Numbered from the stretch's first letter, positions 1 through 11,760 are shown. The stretch: DNA of 38,616 bases from Octopus bimaculoides (GCF_001194135.2 NC_068981.1:41693937-41732552), one strand, 5' to 3'. A program made the numbers and translations. The notes: generated by a model not told the origin, from the letters alone.

Positions 1-189
1 GTGTGACTCGTAGTAAAATGTCATTGATAGATATATGGCGGACATGATTCTTGTTTATTCATAACGAACTTTGGGTGAGTGCGTTCTTTGTATGTAATTG
101 AATAATAAATGTAATAATTAAATTGTACAACTCGTTGCGTTATCTCTGCGAGTCTCCCGAGGGAAATACAACAGGAAGCCAATCTCATC

Positions 190-690
190 ATGGATGATTT
201 GACAGGCAGAACCATGACTAATCTGAAGAGAACGAGCTACCTCATCAATGATAACTCACCAGTTCACCATTACCATCTCTCAAGCTTGCTGAATCTTCTC
301 ATCAGTGGTGGAGGTCGATGGGTGTCCTGCTCTCTCTTCATGCATAATGCTTGTCCAGCCACTTTTAAACTTCTCAATCCACTCCACACTTCTATGTGGT
401 AGTGCACTGTCCCTGTATTGTGCTAAAAGCCTCCGATGAATTTCAGTACTTGACACACCTTCCGACCAGAGAAATTGAATCACTGCTCTTTGTTCTTTCT
501 TTGGTGCACTTTGCTAGTGGAGTAGCCATGCTTACACTGTAAAGCCAGAAGGAAAAATGGTGCGATAAGGCTCAAAATTCGATCACATGACCACAATAGT
601 ATCAACTATAAGCACACGTGCACAGAAGTGTGACAATAATAAAGATATGTAATGACTAAAGTGTGGATAATTTTTGTATATTTTTGGCAT
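190..690 (-). mobile_element. Tc1/mariner transposon 5' relic (transposase N-terminal HTH region plus degenerate TIR)
   Basis: ORF 280-483(-) IQFLWSEGVSSTEIHRRLLAQYRDSALPHRSVEWIEKFKSGWTSIMHEERAGHPSTST matches the mariner transposase N-terminus (xGRTSxxDExRxGRPST motif). TIR-like TAAAGTGTGGATAATTTTTG lies near 658-677. Confidence 0.85.
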
Positions 691-703
691 TTGCAATATT
701 TAC

Positions 704-765
704 ACACTGCAAGATAACAGCTTCACAATTGTCAGGAAGAGGTACTCCTGATAGTAGTAATTTCA
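704..765 (-). CDS. Candidate internal coding exon of an unidentified minus-strand gene (xKLLLSGVPLPDNCEAVILQC)
   Basis: Pyrimidine-rich acceptor GTTTGTTTTCCTGTGTTAG, 62-nt open exon (phase 1 to 0) and donor TGT|GTAAAT. The phase matches the candidate first exon at 9852-9957. No homolog recognised. Confidence 0.4.
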
Positions 766-2619
766 CTAACACAGGAAAACAAACATGATCTTAAACTATT
801 AATCAAAAATATAGAAAACTTAAAACTTACATATGTGCAATAGAGAACATGAAAAAAAAACTAGTGCAGGAAAAAATATAAAAGCAAATAACATTAACAA
901 CACCAGCAACATTTCATCACCATTATAACAACACCAACATTCTATCATCATTTGTTGCCATTGTGGGGGGAAAAAGGTGAATCGCTTGATATGAGCTAAT
1001 CCAAAGGAAAGGAAAAGCAGTGAATTGGATACATCACAAAAAATTGCACTTCCTCATCAAAGAAATTTATCAAAGAAAGAATATGGAGGGTAATATACCT
1101 CTGTTTTTCAACAACAAATGGACAGACGGGGCTTTGTATGCCCCTGAATGAAGAGTTAAAGGAAGCTTTGGCCAATGTATGACAGATAGTGTAGTCTGTT
1201 GACTGGAGCAGAACATATGGAAGTATGTACCTGGTTTTTAAAAGTAAACACAAAACAAGGAGACGGGAGGAATTGGTGCACCATATGACTGCTCACAGGA
1301 TGGTGTTACAATACATGTGGGATTTAGAAACAAGAATTACAACCAGAGAAGTTGGAACAGGTACCACATTTGGCTAATTACCACTTTTGTGCAACATATT
1401 GTGAGTGAACCTGTAACAATATGAGATGAGTGTCTGTATGGATATTCAGCGTCTAATAATCTCCAAAGACAAGGCCATCCTAAAGCTATACCCAACTGAA
1501 GGAAAAGAAAAAAGATCAATTAGAGTGGTTGCATAGGCCCAGTTGCTACACAGGGTAGTAAGAGTCATTCAGGGGCTTTCTGTCTAGGAGAGTTAAAACC
1601 TGTTTGTCTTACTTCATCTGGTCACTGCTGTTACTGTTTGTAAAGCACCACCAGTCACAGCTTCAGTAATGATTGAAACCAAAACAAGTGAAATTGCCTC
1701 ATCTTTAGTGCCACCGTCAACAAAGCCAAAGAGTTTCTTTCTCTAACAAGAGACCAGAAAGAGACTATATCGAATAATGCCACCCAAAAGTGCTGTGACA
1801 ACTAGGAGCAAATGGAGATTGGAGAAGAGTAGCCGCCAAGAAAAGAAGGAAGAAAAAGAATGAAGCCAAACAAAAGCAAACAAGACAATGAAAGCCCTTC
1901 ATGAAGAGATGCCTTCTTTCACAGAGTACCTGAGATTTAGAGCTTCAAAAGTAAAACAGTGATCTACTTGATCTAACGTTAACCCCTAGAAAAAAACAAT
2001 ATAAATATGCTGATTGAAGAGACAGAATATGAGTACCAAGAGCTTCTAGATGATAGAGGTTTGATGAAGACTATGTTAAGTGGTTTAAAAGTGATTGAGA
2101 GATTACAACTGAAAGGATGTAGGGCCCTTCATGGGTTGGCTAAAGCCAAAAATACTTAGTGGCAATTTTGGATGGTTCACTTTGTGGAAAAAATCAGAGA
2201 AGAAGGTGGTCAGAGTTGTGGTGTGCTATGATCCCACTTAGGTGGAAACTTCTCATCTATGTAGGAGGTTTCCCTTATTTGATTTATCTATGTTTGCTTC
2301 TGCATATTGAATTCTTAAATTGTTCTTCTCCTAATCAAAAACATATATACATGATTGTGGGAGGAACATAATATAACATGTTAAGATATTAAATATGTGT
2401 GTACATCCCCAGATATCTTGTAATAGAATCTGTTGAAAAATCAGTAGACTTCATGAATAAAATATTAAGTACTATTTGCATTTAATCTCTTTCAAGATTA
2501 GATAACAATAAAAAAGAGGTATTTTAAGATTATTTTTCTCATTTAAGATTATTTTTCTCATTTTACAGTATCAAAGATATACTAATATTTGTTATATATT
2601 AGTGTACTGGTTGGACTTT

Positions 2620-3110
2620 ACCAAGTTTTGATTTTCAGCCATCTCTTATTTATCATAGTCCTCCAGGCCATAACAGAGAAATTTAAAACTGGTTGTCCAA
2701 GGGAGCTCTCCTATGTTGATGACCTTATTATTATAAATGAATCTATAGTAGAATTAGAGAAGAAATCTAAGGTATGGAAGCAAGATCTGAAATCAAAAAG
2801 CCTTGGAGTTAATTTAACAAAGACTAAAGTACTAGTAAGTAGGAAAGCAAACAAATACTAATCCCTTCATGAAAATGGCCCTGCTCAAGATGCAGATAAA
2901 ATGTAAGTAGAAACTTTGTATGAAGTACCCAGTCCCAGTGCAAGCTACAGACACATAAAAAGTGCAGTGGAATCACAGGAAAGTTAACAGAGAAAGTAGT
3001 TTGTGTGAGACAGTTCTGGAGGAAAAGTAAGCACTAAGAACACACAAGAATTAGATTTCCTCAAATGCCCAAGGGACTTGTTAGAGGTAGTATTTCTCTC
3101 CCTTCCCATT
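2620..3110 (+). mobile_element. RTE-clade LINE fragment (reverse transcriptase YADD region, degraded)
   Basis: LLFIIVLQAITEKFKTGCPRELSYVDDLIII...LGVNLTKTKVLVS contains RT motifs (YxDD, LxVNxxKTKVL), followed by a decayed Cys-rich segment. Confidence 0.85.
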
Positions 3111-3469
3111 CTCCTCATGAACTTACTAGTACTTAATATGTCCCTGTTGAATCTCTTCCCCACAATATATTCTCCTAACACTCCCTCTCTCTATCTGTGT
3201 CCACTCACTATATTCCTCACCTTCCCTCCATTTCCCAATCTCATGAACTTACCCACCCATTCACCTTATCCAGTCCCCAATTCCACTTACATACACCTCC
3301 CTATAACTCAAGAGTTTGCTCTATCACATCTTCTCTCTCTCTCTCTCTCTCTCCAATTAAGGTAGCTATGTAACTCCTCTACTGCAAGGCACCTATTTCT
3401 GTCCCTCTATCCAATACTCTAACTTCTCATTGCCAGGCACAAAGCCACCCCCTTCAAAACTATTCCCTG

Positions 3470-3679
3470 CTCAGTTGAGGGGTCATGGTGACCTCACTGC
3501 TGCCACATAAAAAGCACCCAATTCACTCAGTAAAGTGGTTGGCGTTAGGAAGAACATCTAGTCGTAGAAACCTTGTCAAAGCAAATAGTAGGGCCTGGTT
3601 CAGTCTTCTTACTTGCTAGCTCCTGTCAAACCATCCAACTCATGCTAGTAAGGGAGAACATTAAATGATGATGATGATT
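3470..3679 (+). mobile_element. RTE-type LINE/SINE 3' tail ending in (GAT)n
   Basis: GTCAAACCATCCAACTCATGCTAG...ATTAAATGATGATGATGAT is a diverged reverse complement of the 4348-4503 copy. Confidence 0.7.
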
Positions 3680-3699
3680 GCCATTTTAGGTTATATCTC

Positions 3700-3830
3700 T
3701 ACTACATAAGGTCTTGCGTGATCTTTGCTGGCATCTTCTACATTTCCGATGGTATGAAGATGCTGTTGAAGAGGCGCACCTTGGTCTTGGTGGAGATCAC
3801 CCTGCCTGCCCAGATGGGTTTGAGTAATAA
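3700..3830 (-). mobile_element. RTE LINE fragment (post-RT region)
   Basis: Minus-strand translation PIWAGRVISTKTKVRLFNSIFIP resembles the RTE motif IWxxxxISxKTKxRLFNSxVxP. Confidence 0.65.
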
Positions 3831-4347
3831 GGCTACTTAAGCTAATTCATGCAGTTTAATCAATTGTATATCTAGAGGTTTTAAAATGAAAACTGAAATA
3901 TTTGTAAATTATTGAGCAATCCCATTCTTTTTCACATTCTCTGAACTTTTTTGGTAGCTACAACAAACAACAAATAATTATTGATTTTTTCTAGAATTAC
4001 AAACTCCGGCTGTTTATGCCTATCCTTTTTCTCAAATGATATATAAAGCTGAAAGATAGATACCATTTCATCATTGATTGATTGCAAGTTTGCTTATTAG
4101 TAAAGACTAGATGCACACAAGATAAGTCTTTAGCCATATTTGAAATCACTTGCAAATTATATGAACTGACAAGACATACTTTTTGGCATTTAGAGTTACA
4201 AATGCAACCTCAGCTTTCAATAGAATCATTTGTTCTTTGTGCATCAACACTAATCAAAAAGAAAAAAAATATGTATATGCTTAATTAAATGTTATTACTG
4301 AAATAAAGAATTTATGAAAACAGAAATATTTCATAATAACTCTTTTA

Positions 4348-4503
4348 ATCATCATCATCATCATCATCATCGTTTAACGTCCGCTTTCCATGCTAGCATG
4401 GGTTGGACGATTTGACTGAGGACTGGTGAAACCGGATGGCAACACCAGGCTCCAGTCCGATTTGGCAGAGTTTCTACAGCTGGATGCCCTTCCTAACGCC
4501 AAC
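4348..4503 (-). mobile_element. Young RTE-type 3' tail with (GAT)n terminus
   Basis: (ATC)8 GTTTAACGTCCGCTTTCCATGCTAGCATGGGTTGGACG...GGATGCCCTTCCTAACGCCAAC; the same tail recurs at about 3.6, 27.0 and 30.3 kb. Confidence 0.85.
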
Positions 4504-4581
4504 ATTTCTATTATGACTTCAATTTCTCTTCTTTGTCATAATCAATTATGCAATTAAAAGACCCTGTCCAGGTTGCCTTAA

Positions 4582-4780
4582 CCCTTTTGATACTAACCGC
4601 CCTTGGTTCTATGACACAAACTTACTGCTTTAAAGGGATCTAAATTATAATCTTTCATCAGAACTGTATGTTAATTTTTTGTAGACACCAGCTTAATAAT
4701 GAGAATGATATTTTACTAAATTCTTCACTATCTTAAAAACAAAAGCATTATATGTCAACAGAAACATAGTAACAAAAGGG
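4582..4780. mobile_element. piggyBac-type MITE
   Basis: TTAA|CCCTTTTGATAC ... GTAACAAAAGGG|TAAG: 12-bp TIR with 1 mismatch, TTAA on the left and a degenerate right TSD. Confidence 0.6.
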
Positions 4781-5168
4781 TAAGAACCATTTTTACTTAC
4801 TACTATACATTAACTTCAATATTTCTTAGGATTCTTTGACCATAATACACTTTTCTTAAAGCCCCTTTATTCAATGACTAAAACCCGAGAAACTAAAACA
4901 ATCATTCAAAGAGGAATTACATCTTCATTTTTAGCAACATCTTAAAATAAAATTAAAAAAGAGATTCTAAGGCTCTCTTCTACAAAGAGACGTTTCTGAT
5001 TTTCAGAGAAATTGTTGTATTGTATTTTCTCTAGATCATTACATTTCTTTGAATAAAAGAAATCTTAGAAATCCTATTGAAAGAATAGTAATGACATTGG
5101 TAGCTGCATTGAGAAAAGACCCCAATTTAGTTTTTCAAATGTAAAGAATACTAAAGTTTATACTTTAA

Positions 5169-5357
5169 CCCTTCAGGTTACTCTATCAAATGCAATGCTT
5201 ATTTATTCACATTGTTTTGAATTAATCTCATAGCTTTCAGATTTTGATATGTGATTGTTTGTTTTTAAAATGGCATTGTAGGGTAGGTGTGTAAGGCTGG
5301 ATCTGGCCAGTTTGAACATAAAATAGGTAGAATATGGCCAGTTCAAATGCTAAAGGG
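5169..5357. mobile_element. piggyBac-type MITE (second family)
   Basis: TTAA|CCCTTCAG ... CTAAAGGG|TTAC termini. Confidence 0.6.
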
Positions 5358-5749
5358 TTACACATAAGTAGTCATTCTAGATGAACACTCTTCTAGGAAT
5401 ATGTAAAGTATCTCTTTATGAGCCAAAATATATCAAAGTCTATTTACATTAATTGACTGCCTCTATGTGAACATATGAGAACAGGAGTGCCAGAGATTGA
5501 AAAGAGATTCAGAGACTGAATAAGCGGAAGAAATCTTTTTGTAGCTTGTAGAATATGTATAAAGGAAAATCAACCATATTTGTCAATTATGATAATGCAA
5601 CATCATTTCAAACTGTAAAACATACTTAAAATATTAACCTATTGTTGACTGGGATCTTTGTTCCAGTTGTTTTCAAATTTGGTATATGGATTAAGTTTTA
5701 AATACTAATTATGAAAATGAAATTCATTTTCCCTATAAACCCATAATTA

Positions 5750-6225
5750 AAAAGTTATTAGCCTTTAAAATTTGCAAAGTTTGGGTATTTTAGCCAATCA
5801 GAAGCGAATATTTTACACATCACCGTGGCAAAGAACTCTGTTTTCATAGTAACCAAAGCAAAGAAACACCATATGTTCCATACCAATTGCGAAGAACTGT
5901 TTCCATAGTAACCAAAGATGCTGCACATGCACACAAGGAGTGTAATCACTGCATTTTGACTGTTATTTCTAGCAACTCCGGTTGGTTTGTTCGTAGCTTT
6001 TAAATATTTAATTTACTCGAGAAGCTTTTAATGTTTTTCACTGTTTACTGTAGCCACTTTAATGTTTTGACATGCTGGTCCCCCCCCCCTTCTCACTACT
6101 GTGACAGATGATGGAAGAGGCAGCAAATGCGCTGTTTTCTGATTGGCTGAAAATTCTGTAAATTATCAAACTTTAGACACCTGTAACATTTTCGCAAAAT
6201 TTTTCTGGTATAAATGAATAAGAAA
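5750..6225. repeat. Unclassified element with imperfect inverted ends containing AGCCAATCAGAA
   Basis: TTTTAGCCAATCAGAAGCG near 5790 versus TTTTCTGATTGGCTGAAAA near 6135-6153, with flanking AAAGTTTG similarity. Confidence 0.3.
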
Positions 6226-6291
6226 TTTGGATTCAACTCCAAAAATTACATCTATATGATACATTAAAAATATTTTTTTTAAGATTTCAAC

Positions 6292-6697
6292 ATGCAGAGT
6301 GGCTGTGTGGTAAGTAGCTTGCTTACCAACCACATGGTTCCGGGTTCAGTCCCACTGCGTGGCACCTTGGGCAAGTGTCTTCTACTATAGCCTCGGGCCG
6401 ACCAAAGCCTTGTGAGTGGATTTGGTAGACGGAAACTGAAAGAAGCCCGTCGTATAAATGTATATATATGTGTGTATGTGTTTGTGTGTCTGTGTTTGTC
6501 CCCCCAACATCGCTTGACAACCAATGCTGGTGTGTTTACGTCCCCGTAACTTAGCGGTTCAGCAAAAGAGACCGATAGAATAAGTACTAGGCTTCCAAAG
6601 AATAAGTCCTAGGGTAGATTTGCTCGACTAAAAGGCGGTGCTCCAGCATGGCCACAGTCAAAAGACTGAAACAAGTAAAAGAGTAAAAGAGATGCAG
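6292..6697 (+). mobile_element. Full-length young tRNA-derived SINE (abundant octopus-type family)
   Basis: A box TGGCTGTGTGG, B box GGTTCAGTCCC, internal (TA/TG)n, tail (GAGTAAAA)n, flanking direct repeat ATGCAG (6292-6297, 6692-6697). A near-identical inverted copy lies at 20167-20544. Confidence 0.9.
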
Positions 6698-7729
6698 TGA
6701 CAAAAACCACAAAGATCTGTTGACTGTAAGCATGTTATCCCACACTTAACTACTTCCTACAAACTCTAGCATCATAATGACAAAAACATTCAAATGTTTG
6801 GAAGTTGATTTAGTGGAGTCACAAGAACATTGACAACTTCAAAAAGTCCTTTTCAACTTAATGTAATTAACAAATATAGTTGATTTACTTTCTACACGCT
6901 AGAAACAATTGTTTCTCTTTATACAATATGTGAATCTCTTCCCAACCTATGGCACTCCTGCTCTCATGTTTATTTACATAGAAGCAAGTAATTTATGTCT
7001 CAAAGGAGACGTATCTTACAAGATCACATCCTGTCATCCTAGTGGGAATGATGCAAATAGGACGCTATAACAAACTTCTTTCATGTTTTCTATTACAATT
7101 ATATTCAATCAAGGATGCATTAAAAGAACAAAAACTGATCCCATTGCTTGGCTGTCTTCTTCTTTATTGTAATTCTCTATATTGTAATCCTTAATATATT
7201 TAAACAATTTCTTTTAACTGGAAGCACATATATTTATGACACAAGGCATATATAATGAGAGGGGGAAAATCAATCAAATAATTCTGGTTTTGTACCAATA
7301 AAACAAAATCTCAATCTAAATAATTTCCCTAAGCATCTGATGGATTATTTTAAATGTATCAAATTTCAATTTGCAGATCTAATTTTCTGTCCGTTCAATG
7401 CTAGGTAACTCAGTTATTATATAACCGCTAGATAATACAATTTACCAAAGTAAACAACAGCCAAACGAGAAAGATCCGATGTGTCAAATAAAAAAAGATA
7501 AATAAAGCATGCACATTCCTCCAATTATACATCGTGCAAATAATATTGCTTGTTAAGGTTATTTCTACAGAAAAAAATATTTGGGACAAACCAAGACAGG
7601 CAGCTTTAGGTACTGTGTCGAGCATCACTTGATAATTCGGCGCCAGCAGTCAAGCTCCTTAAAGATCTCAAATGATATAAGTTTTTAAAAAATGCAATTG
7701 ACCAAAAATTACGGTATTGGGTACAGGTA

Positions 7730-8010
7730 ATACTGTGCTTAAGAAGTTCGCTGCTTCACAGACACGTGGTTTCAGGCTCAGACCCACTGAGCAGCATCTT
7801 GCACGTCTTCTACTATAACCCTGGACTGACCAATGCCTTATGAATGAAGTTAGTAGATGGACACTATGTGGAAGCATGTTTTAGATGTGTGCGAATGTTT
7901 TTGTGTTTATCTTCATACCGCTTGACAACAGGTGCTGGTCTGTTTACGTATCCGTCACTTAGCGGTTCGGCAAAAGTTCGATATAATAAGTGTCTTCTAC
8001 TTATAGCCTT
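7730..8010 (+). mobile_element. Older diverged copy of the same SINE family
   Basis: Shares GTCTTCTACTATA, GCTTGACAAC and ACTTAGCGGTTCGGCAAAAG blocks with 6292-6697. Confidence 0.7.
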
Positions 8011-8146
8011 GGGAAAGACTTCCCCACCCCACCCATTTTCTCTTAAATTTGTTTATTTAAAAAATTTTTTTTGCCAAAAACCCCCGTTTTTGGATACGGA
8101 GATTCCTGAAAAATTGCCAAAAATCGGCATTGTTAAATTTTCCCCC

Positions 8147-8570
8147 NNNNNNNNNNNNNNNNNNNNNNNNNNNNNNNNNNNNNNNNNNNNNNNNNNNNNN
8201 NNNNNNNNNNNNNNNNNNNNNNNNNNNNNNNNNNNNNNNNNNNNNNNNNNNNNNNNNNNNNNNNNNNNNNNNNNNNNNNNNNNNNNNNNNNNNNNNNNNN
8301 NNNNNNNNNNNNNNNNNNNNNNNNNNNNNNNNNNNNNNNNNNNNNNNNNNNNNNNNNNNNNNNNNNNNNNNNNNNNNNNNNNNNNNNNNNNNNNNNNNNN
8401 NNNNNNNNNNNNNNNNNNNNNNNNNNNNNNNNNNNNNNNNNNNNNNNNNNNNNNNNNNNNNNNNNNNNNNNNNNNNNNNNNNNNNNNNNNNNNNNNNNNN
8501 NNNNNNNNNNNNNNNNNNNNNNNNNNNNNNNNNNNNNNNNNNNNNNNNNNNNNNNNNNNNNNNNNNNNNN
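8147..8570. other. Assembly gap (N run); other gaps at 13450-14000, 21130-21283, 34988-35453, 37177-37186
   Basis: Runs of N in the sequence. Confidence 1.
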
Positions 8571-8574
8571 AGAC

Positions 8575-8790
8575 TAGTTCCTTGTGAGTGAATTTGATCG
8601 ATGAAAACTGTGTAGAAGCCCTGTGTGTGTCTGAGTCTGCGCCGCTTGACAACTGGCGTGGTCTTCTTAGACGTTCGGTAAAGGAGTCCAGACTTAAAAC
8701 AACAACAATAATAATAATAAGTAATGCGGTGTATTTGTTCGCATTAAACCCCAGCACGGCCACAGTCCACTGACTGAAAGAAATAAAAGA
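8575..8790 (+). mobile_element. Diverged SINE body and tail
   Basis: CCTTGTGAGTGAATTTG, GCTTGACAAC and CCAGCACGGCCACAGTC...GACTGAAA blocks as in 6292-6697. Confidence 0.55.
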
Positions 8791-9229
8791 ATATTTTGGT
8801 GATTTATTCCGTTCGCCAATGGACACAATAATCCCACCTCTAATACAGAATTAAGCATTCGTGTTAGAGCAAAACAGTCGCTGACAGTAGACGTCCCTAA
8901 AACAATTAAATCTGAAAATATCATACTGTAAATGAACGACTAAATAAGTCCAGCTTATTTGTTGTACTTTAATCAGTTTGAACAAGGCGATGGAGTGTAG
9001 GCGAGATGATTACAAAACAACTTGTCAGGGAAAACGAGACGTGATTTTATTTTTTATTGATTGTTTATATGAAATCTAATTGATGCTTATAAACTGGTCT
9101 GGATATGTCTATATACTTATATTCTCGATAATTCAATACAGGGCACATATTTACCAAGAAAACATACAGGAAAAAAAATCTTGTAATTATTTTAGAAATT
9201 ATAGCTATTAGGTGAGACATAACTACAAA

Positions 9230-9252
9230 GAGTTATATATATATATATAAAA

Positions 9253-9283
<31 letters not shown>

Positions 9284-9471
9284 AGCACACATATATACAT
9301 AAACAGCTATTATATATATATATGCACACACACATGCATACATATATACGTATATGCATATATATACAAATAGCTATTATATACACACATACATATAGAT
9401 ATATATATACATACATACATGCATACACACACACACATAAATATATATACACACACACATAAATATATACG

Positions 9472-9511
<40 letters not shown>

Positions 9512-9725
9512 CCTGCAGGCTTCTGTGCTTAAAATGTAGTAAGTTGAAAATGCAATACTTTCTAATCAAATATTATTACATACACAGGCATACGTGCATA
9601 AAAAATATACATAATATACGCACACAAATACATACGTATATACACATATGTGAATGTATGCGCGCACACATTTTTCCTTTATACACACACACACACGTGT
9701 ATGAGTGTGAGAAAGAGAGAGGGAT
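9230..9725. repeat. Compound (TA)n/(CA)n/(CATA)n microsatellite field
   Basis: Directly visible dinucleotide and tetranucleotide runs. Confidence 0.9.
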
Positions 9726-9851
9726 AATAATAACATCGATGATTTAATAAAAACAAACATTTAGAAAAGAAATTGAAGTTTGGAAGATGTCGCAGTCAAA
9801 AGAATTGTTTTGATTTTTTAAAATTTAAATTTAGAAAAATGAAAAACCTAC

Positions 9852-9957
9852 CTGAAATCACTGAGCTATCCCCTGTATATGTCCTTCTCCCATCAGAATT
9901 GATTTGTGAGAGAGGACTGTCGAGATGTGTTAATGATGGGTCAGAACATGCCGCCAT
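9852..9957 (-). CDS. Candidate first coding exon of an unidentified gene (MAACSDPSLTHLDSPLSQINSDGRRTYTGDSSVIS)
   Basis: AATATGGCGGC start context (A at -3, ATGGCG), 35 open codons plus 1 nt, strong donor CAG|GTAGGT followed by T-rich intron-like sequence, CpG-retaining surroundings. Confidence 0.5.
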
Positions 9958-10219
9958 ATTATGTTGTAACGACCCCTATCAGCTGATGTAGGCTGATGCA
10001 GTTTGGCCTCCACTATCAACTAAACACAATATGAGGTGAGGGTGAAAGAAGACAAAATAAAACACTGCCGATAAGTACTAACCAGGTCAATCATTGCGAT
10101 ATGTTTATTTAAAGTGGTTGTTACAAAGCGCCTGATTTTTATTCGATAGCAACTAAATGCCAGTTAAGTGTTTAAATAATAGAAATAAATAAATAAAGAT
10201 TTCTGTTTTGACATAAGCA

Positions 10220-10410
10220 CATGGTTACAGTTTGGGTAGGGATGAGATACAGGCGATTTAAACTACCTCAGTATTTGACAGATACTTTATTTTTTCTGAC
10301 TCCAGAAAGATGAAAAACAAAGTTATCCTTGGCCAGATTTGAGTTCGGAATATAAAATTAGTGAAACTTAATGTTGCTAGGAGATTTTTGTATCACTACT
10401 GATTCTGCCA
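10220..10410 (-). mobile_element. Old SINE remnant of the 18356-18564 family
   Basis: GAAAGATGAAAAACAAAGTTATCCTTGGCCAGATTTGAGTTC aligns by eye to GAAAGGATTAAAGGCAAAGTCGACCTCAGCAAAATTTGAACTC. Confidence 0.5.
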
Positions 10411-10559
10411 CTCCTCCACTTGAAGCTAAATAAATAATAGCAAATTCTGTGCATAAATATAAATGTTCTTCCTTTTATGGTCTAATATAATTAATTGAAT
10501 TAGTTTTCTTCCTTTTAAACAATTTTAAATATTGGGGATAGAAAAACATCCCGCAATCG

Positions 10560-11760
10560 TTGCATCATCATCTCCAGGTAACATGTCTAAGATAGGACAG
10601 AATGATGGAGTTAACTACGTTTAGAACAGAGATGGAAATAGGCAGGTACGCGGATTAGGGCGTTCCCCTACTCTTCAGCTCACAGAGGGGAGTGGTTTAG
10701 CGTGCCTTGTCCCACCTTCCTAACTTCAACTCTTCGGGCCTTAGTGTATTCCTCATTCCTGATGCCCATTCCCATCACTGATTCGAAACATATTCCCCTT
10801 CATACCACACATATACGAGGAGGGACAAAGTACAAATGTCTGAACTTGGAATGAAAACTCAGTATTTTTTTTAGCATCCCATGAGTTAATCGCCACAATT
10901 TTTGTTTAATTTTAAAATTTTCAGTGGTTTATTGAAGAGGAAGAGACTGTGACTATGACACTCGTCACTTCATCCGTGACTGGTAATATTGTCAGTCGAT
11001 ATTTAGTTTGAATATCTGTAAGTGAACGACAGCAAGAAAAAACGGGCGGCAAGGGAATTTCAAACAGTTGAGACGGAGAGCTTAGGAAAGTGGTTAGACT
11101 GGGGCCTGGGGAGACGGAGTACAAATGACTAGAGGAAGAGAAACAAGTACAAATATTCGACTTAGATGGAGATGGTATGTAACTGGTACATCCTAAAGAA
11201 CTTATGATATTGTAATTATGATAGAGTGAAGGGGCAGTGTTTTGAAAGACTAAAGTAGCTAGATGTTTTGCTTTTGAAGGTGATTTAAGATGTTTGTATG
11301 TGTAGCAAACAGTACTGTTCTAGATATGGAAGTAGTTTTCCATTGTGGATCTTGAACGTTTGTAGAAAATCATCGCCTACTGGGAGTTAAAGAGGAAGTT
11401 TAGTCTTTGGAATATAGTTTTTGTTATATTTTGAATGTGAAATTGACAGGAGATATGAAATATTGTGAGGCCTAGCATTTGTAGCGACATTGAGGGTTTT
11501 AGTTGTATCTTGTAGATTAGAGTTGATGAGGTACAACATAGCATTCTTTGTCTTTTGTGTTGTTGAAGCAGTTAGATTGTCATGCCATCATAAGAGAATG
11601 TTGTCCAAGTATCTGCTAATGGAAGCGATACAAGTTTAACTAGAGGTATCTGGGTTCTGCGTAGATGATGCCTCTGTCATTCTTTCCCCTTCCATAACCT
11701 TCTACGTAGTGTCTATGTGGAACCCAGATACCTCTAGTTGAACTTGTATCGCTTCTATGA
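10560..11760 (-). mobile_element. Possible decayed Penelope-like retroelement relic
   Basis: Strand-biased, coding-like, stop-ridden sequence. It has a decayed CTGAAGA-stem-loop motif at 10647-10678, a terminal inversion at 11622-11755 and lies next to the HHR-bearing repeats. No RT or GIY-YIG motif was recognised. Confidence 0.3.
11622..11755. repeat. Inverted repeat, about 44-bp arms, about 46-nt spacer
   Basis: GAAGCGATACAAGTTTAACTAGAGGTATCTGGGTTCTGCGTAGA versus reverse complement GAAGCGATACAAGTTCAACTAGAGGTATCTGGGTTCCACATAGA. Confidence 0.85.

Noticed and set aside
3690-3817. Convincing-looking plus-strand exon VISLLHKVLRDLCWHLLHFRWYEDAVEE...
   Set aside because: The opposite strand translates as an RTE LINE motif (ISTKTKVRLFNS); the plus frame is an antisense shadow.
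3995-7170. Chain of plus-strand exon-like segments (3995-, 4830-, 5035-5140, 5398-, a 42-nt exon split by the 6292 SINE, 6903-) suggesting a pseudogene or editing-rescued gene
   Set aside because: Phases do not join, several lack GT donors, and part is the inverted unclassified repeat; consistent with chance in AT-rich DNA.
7428-7628. Hydrophobic membrane-protein-like ORF
   Set aside because: Hydrophobicity follows from T-rich sequence; only weakly possible as an exon.
8020-8146. Homopolymer-rich segment before the gap
   Set aside because: Looks like low-quality read-end sequence.
10647-10800. Hammerhead-like fragments CTGAAGA-GTAGGGGAACGCCCTA (minus, 10647-10678) and CTGATGC...GAAAC (plus, ~10780)
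   Set aside because: The first lacks GAAA; the second lacks the core GA and a paired stem II. At most dead relics.
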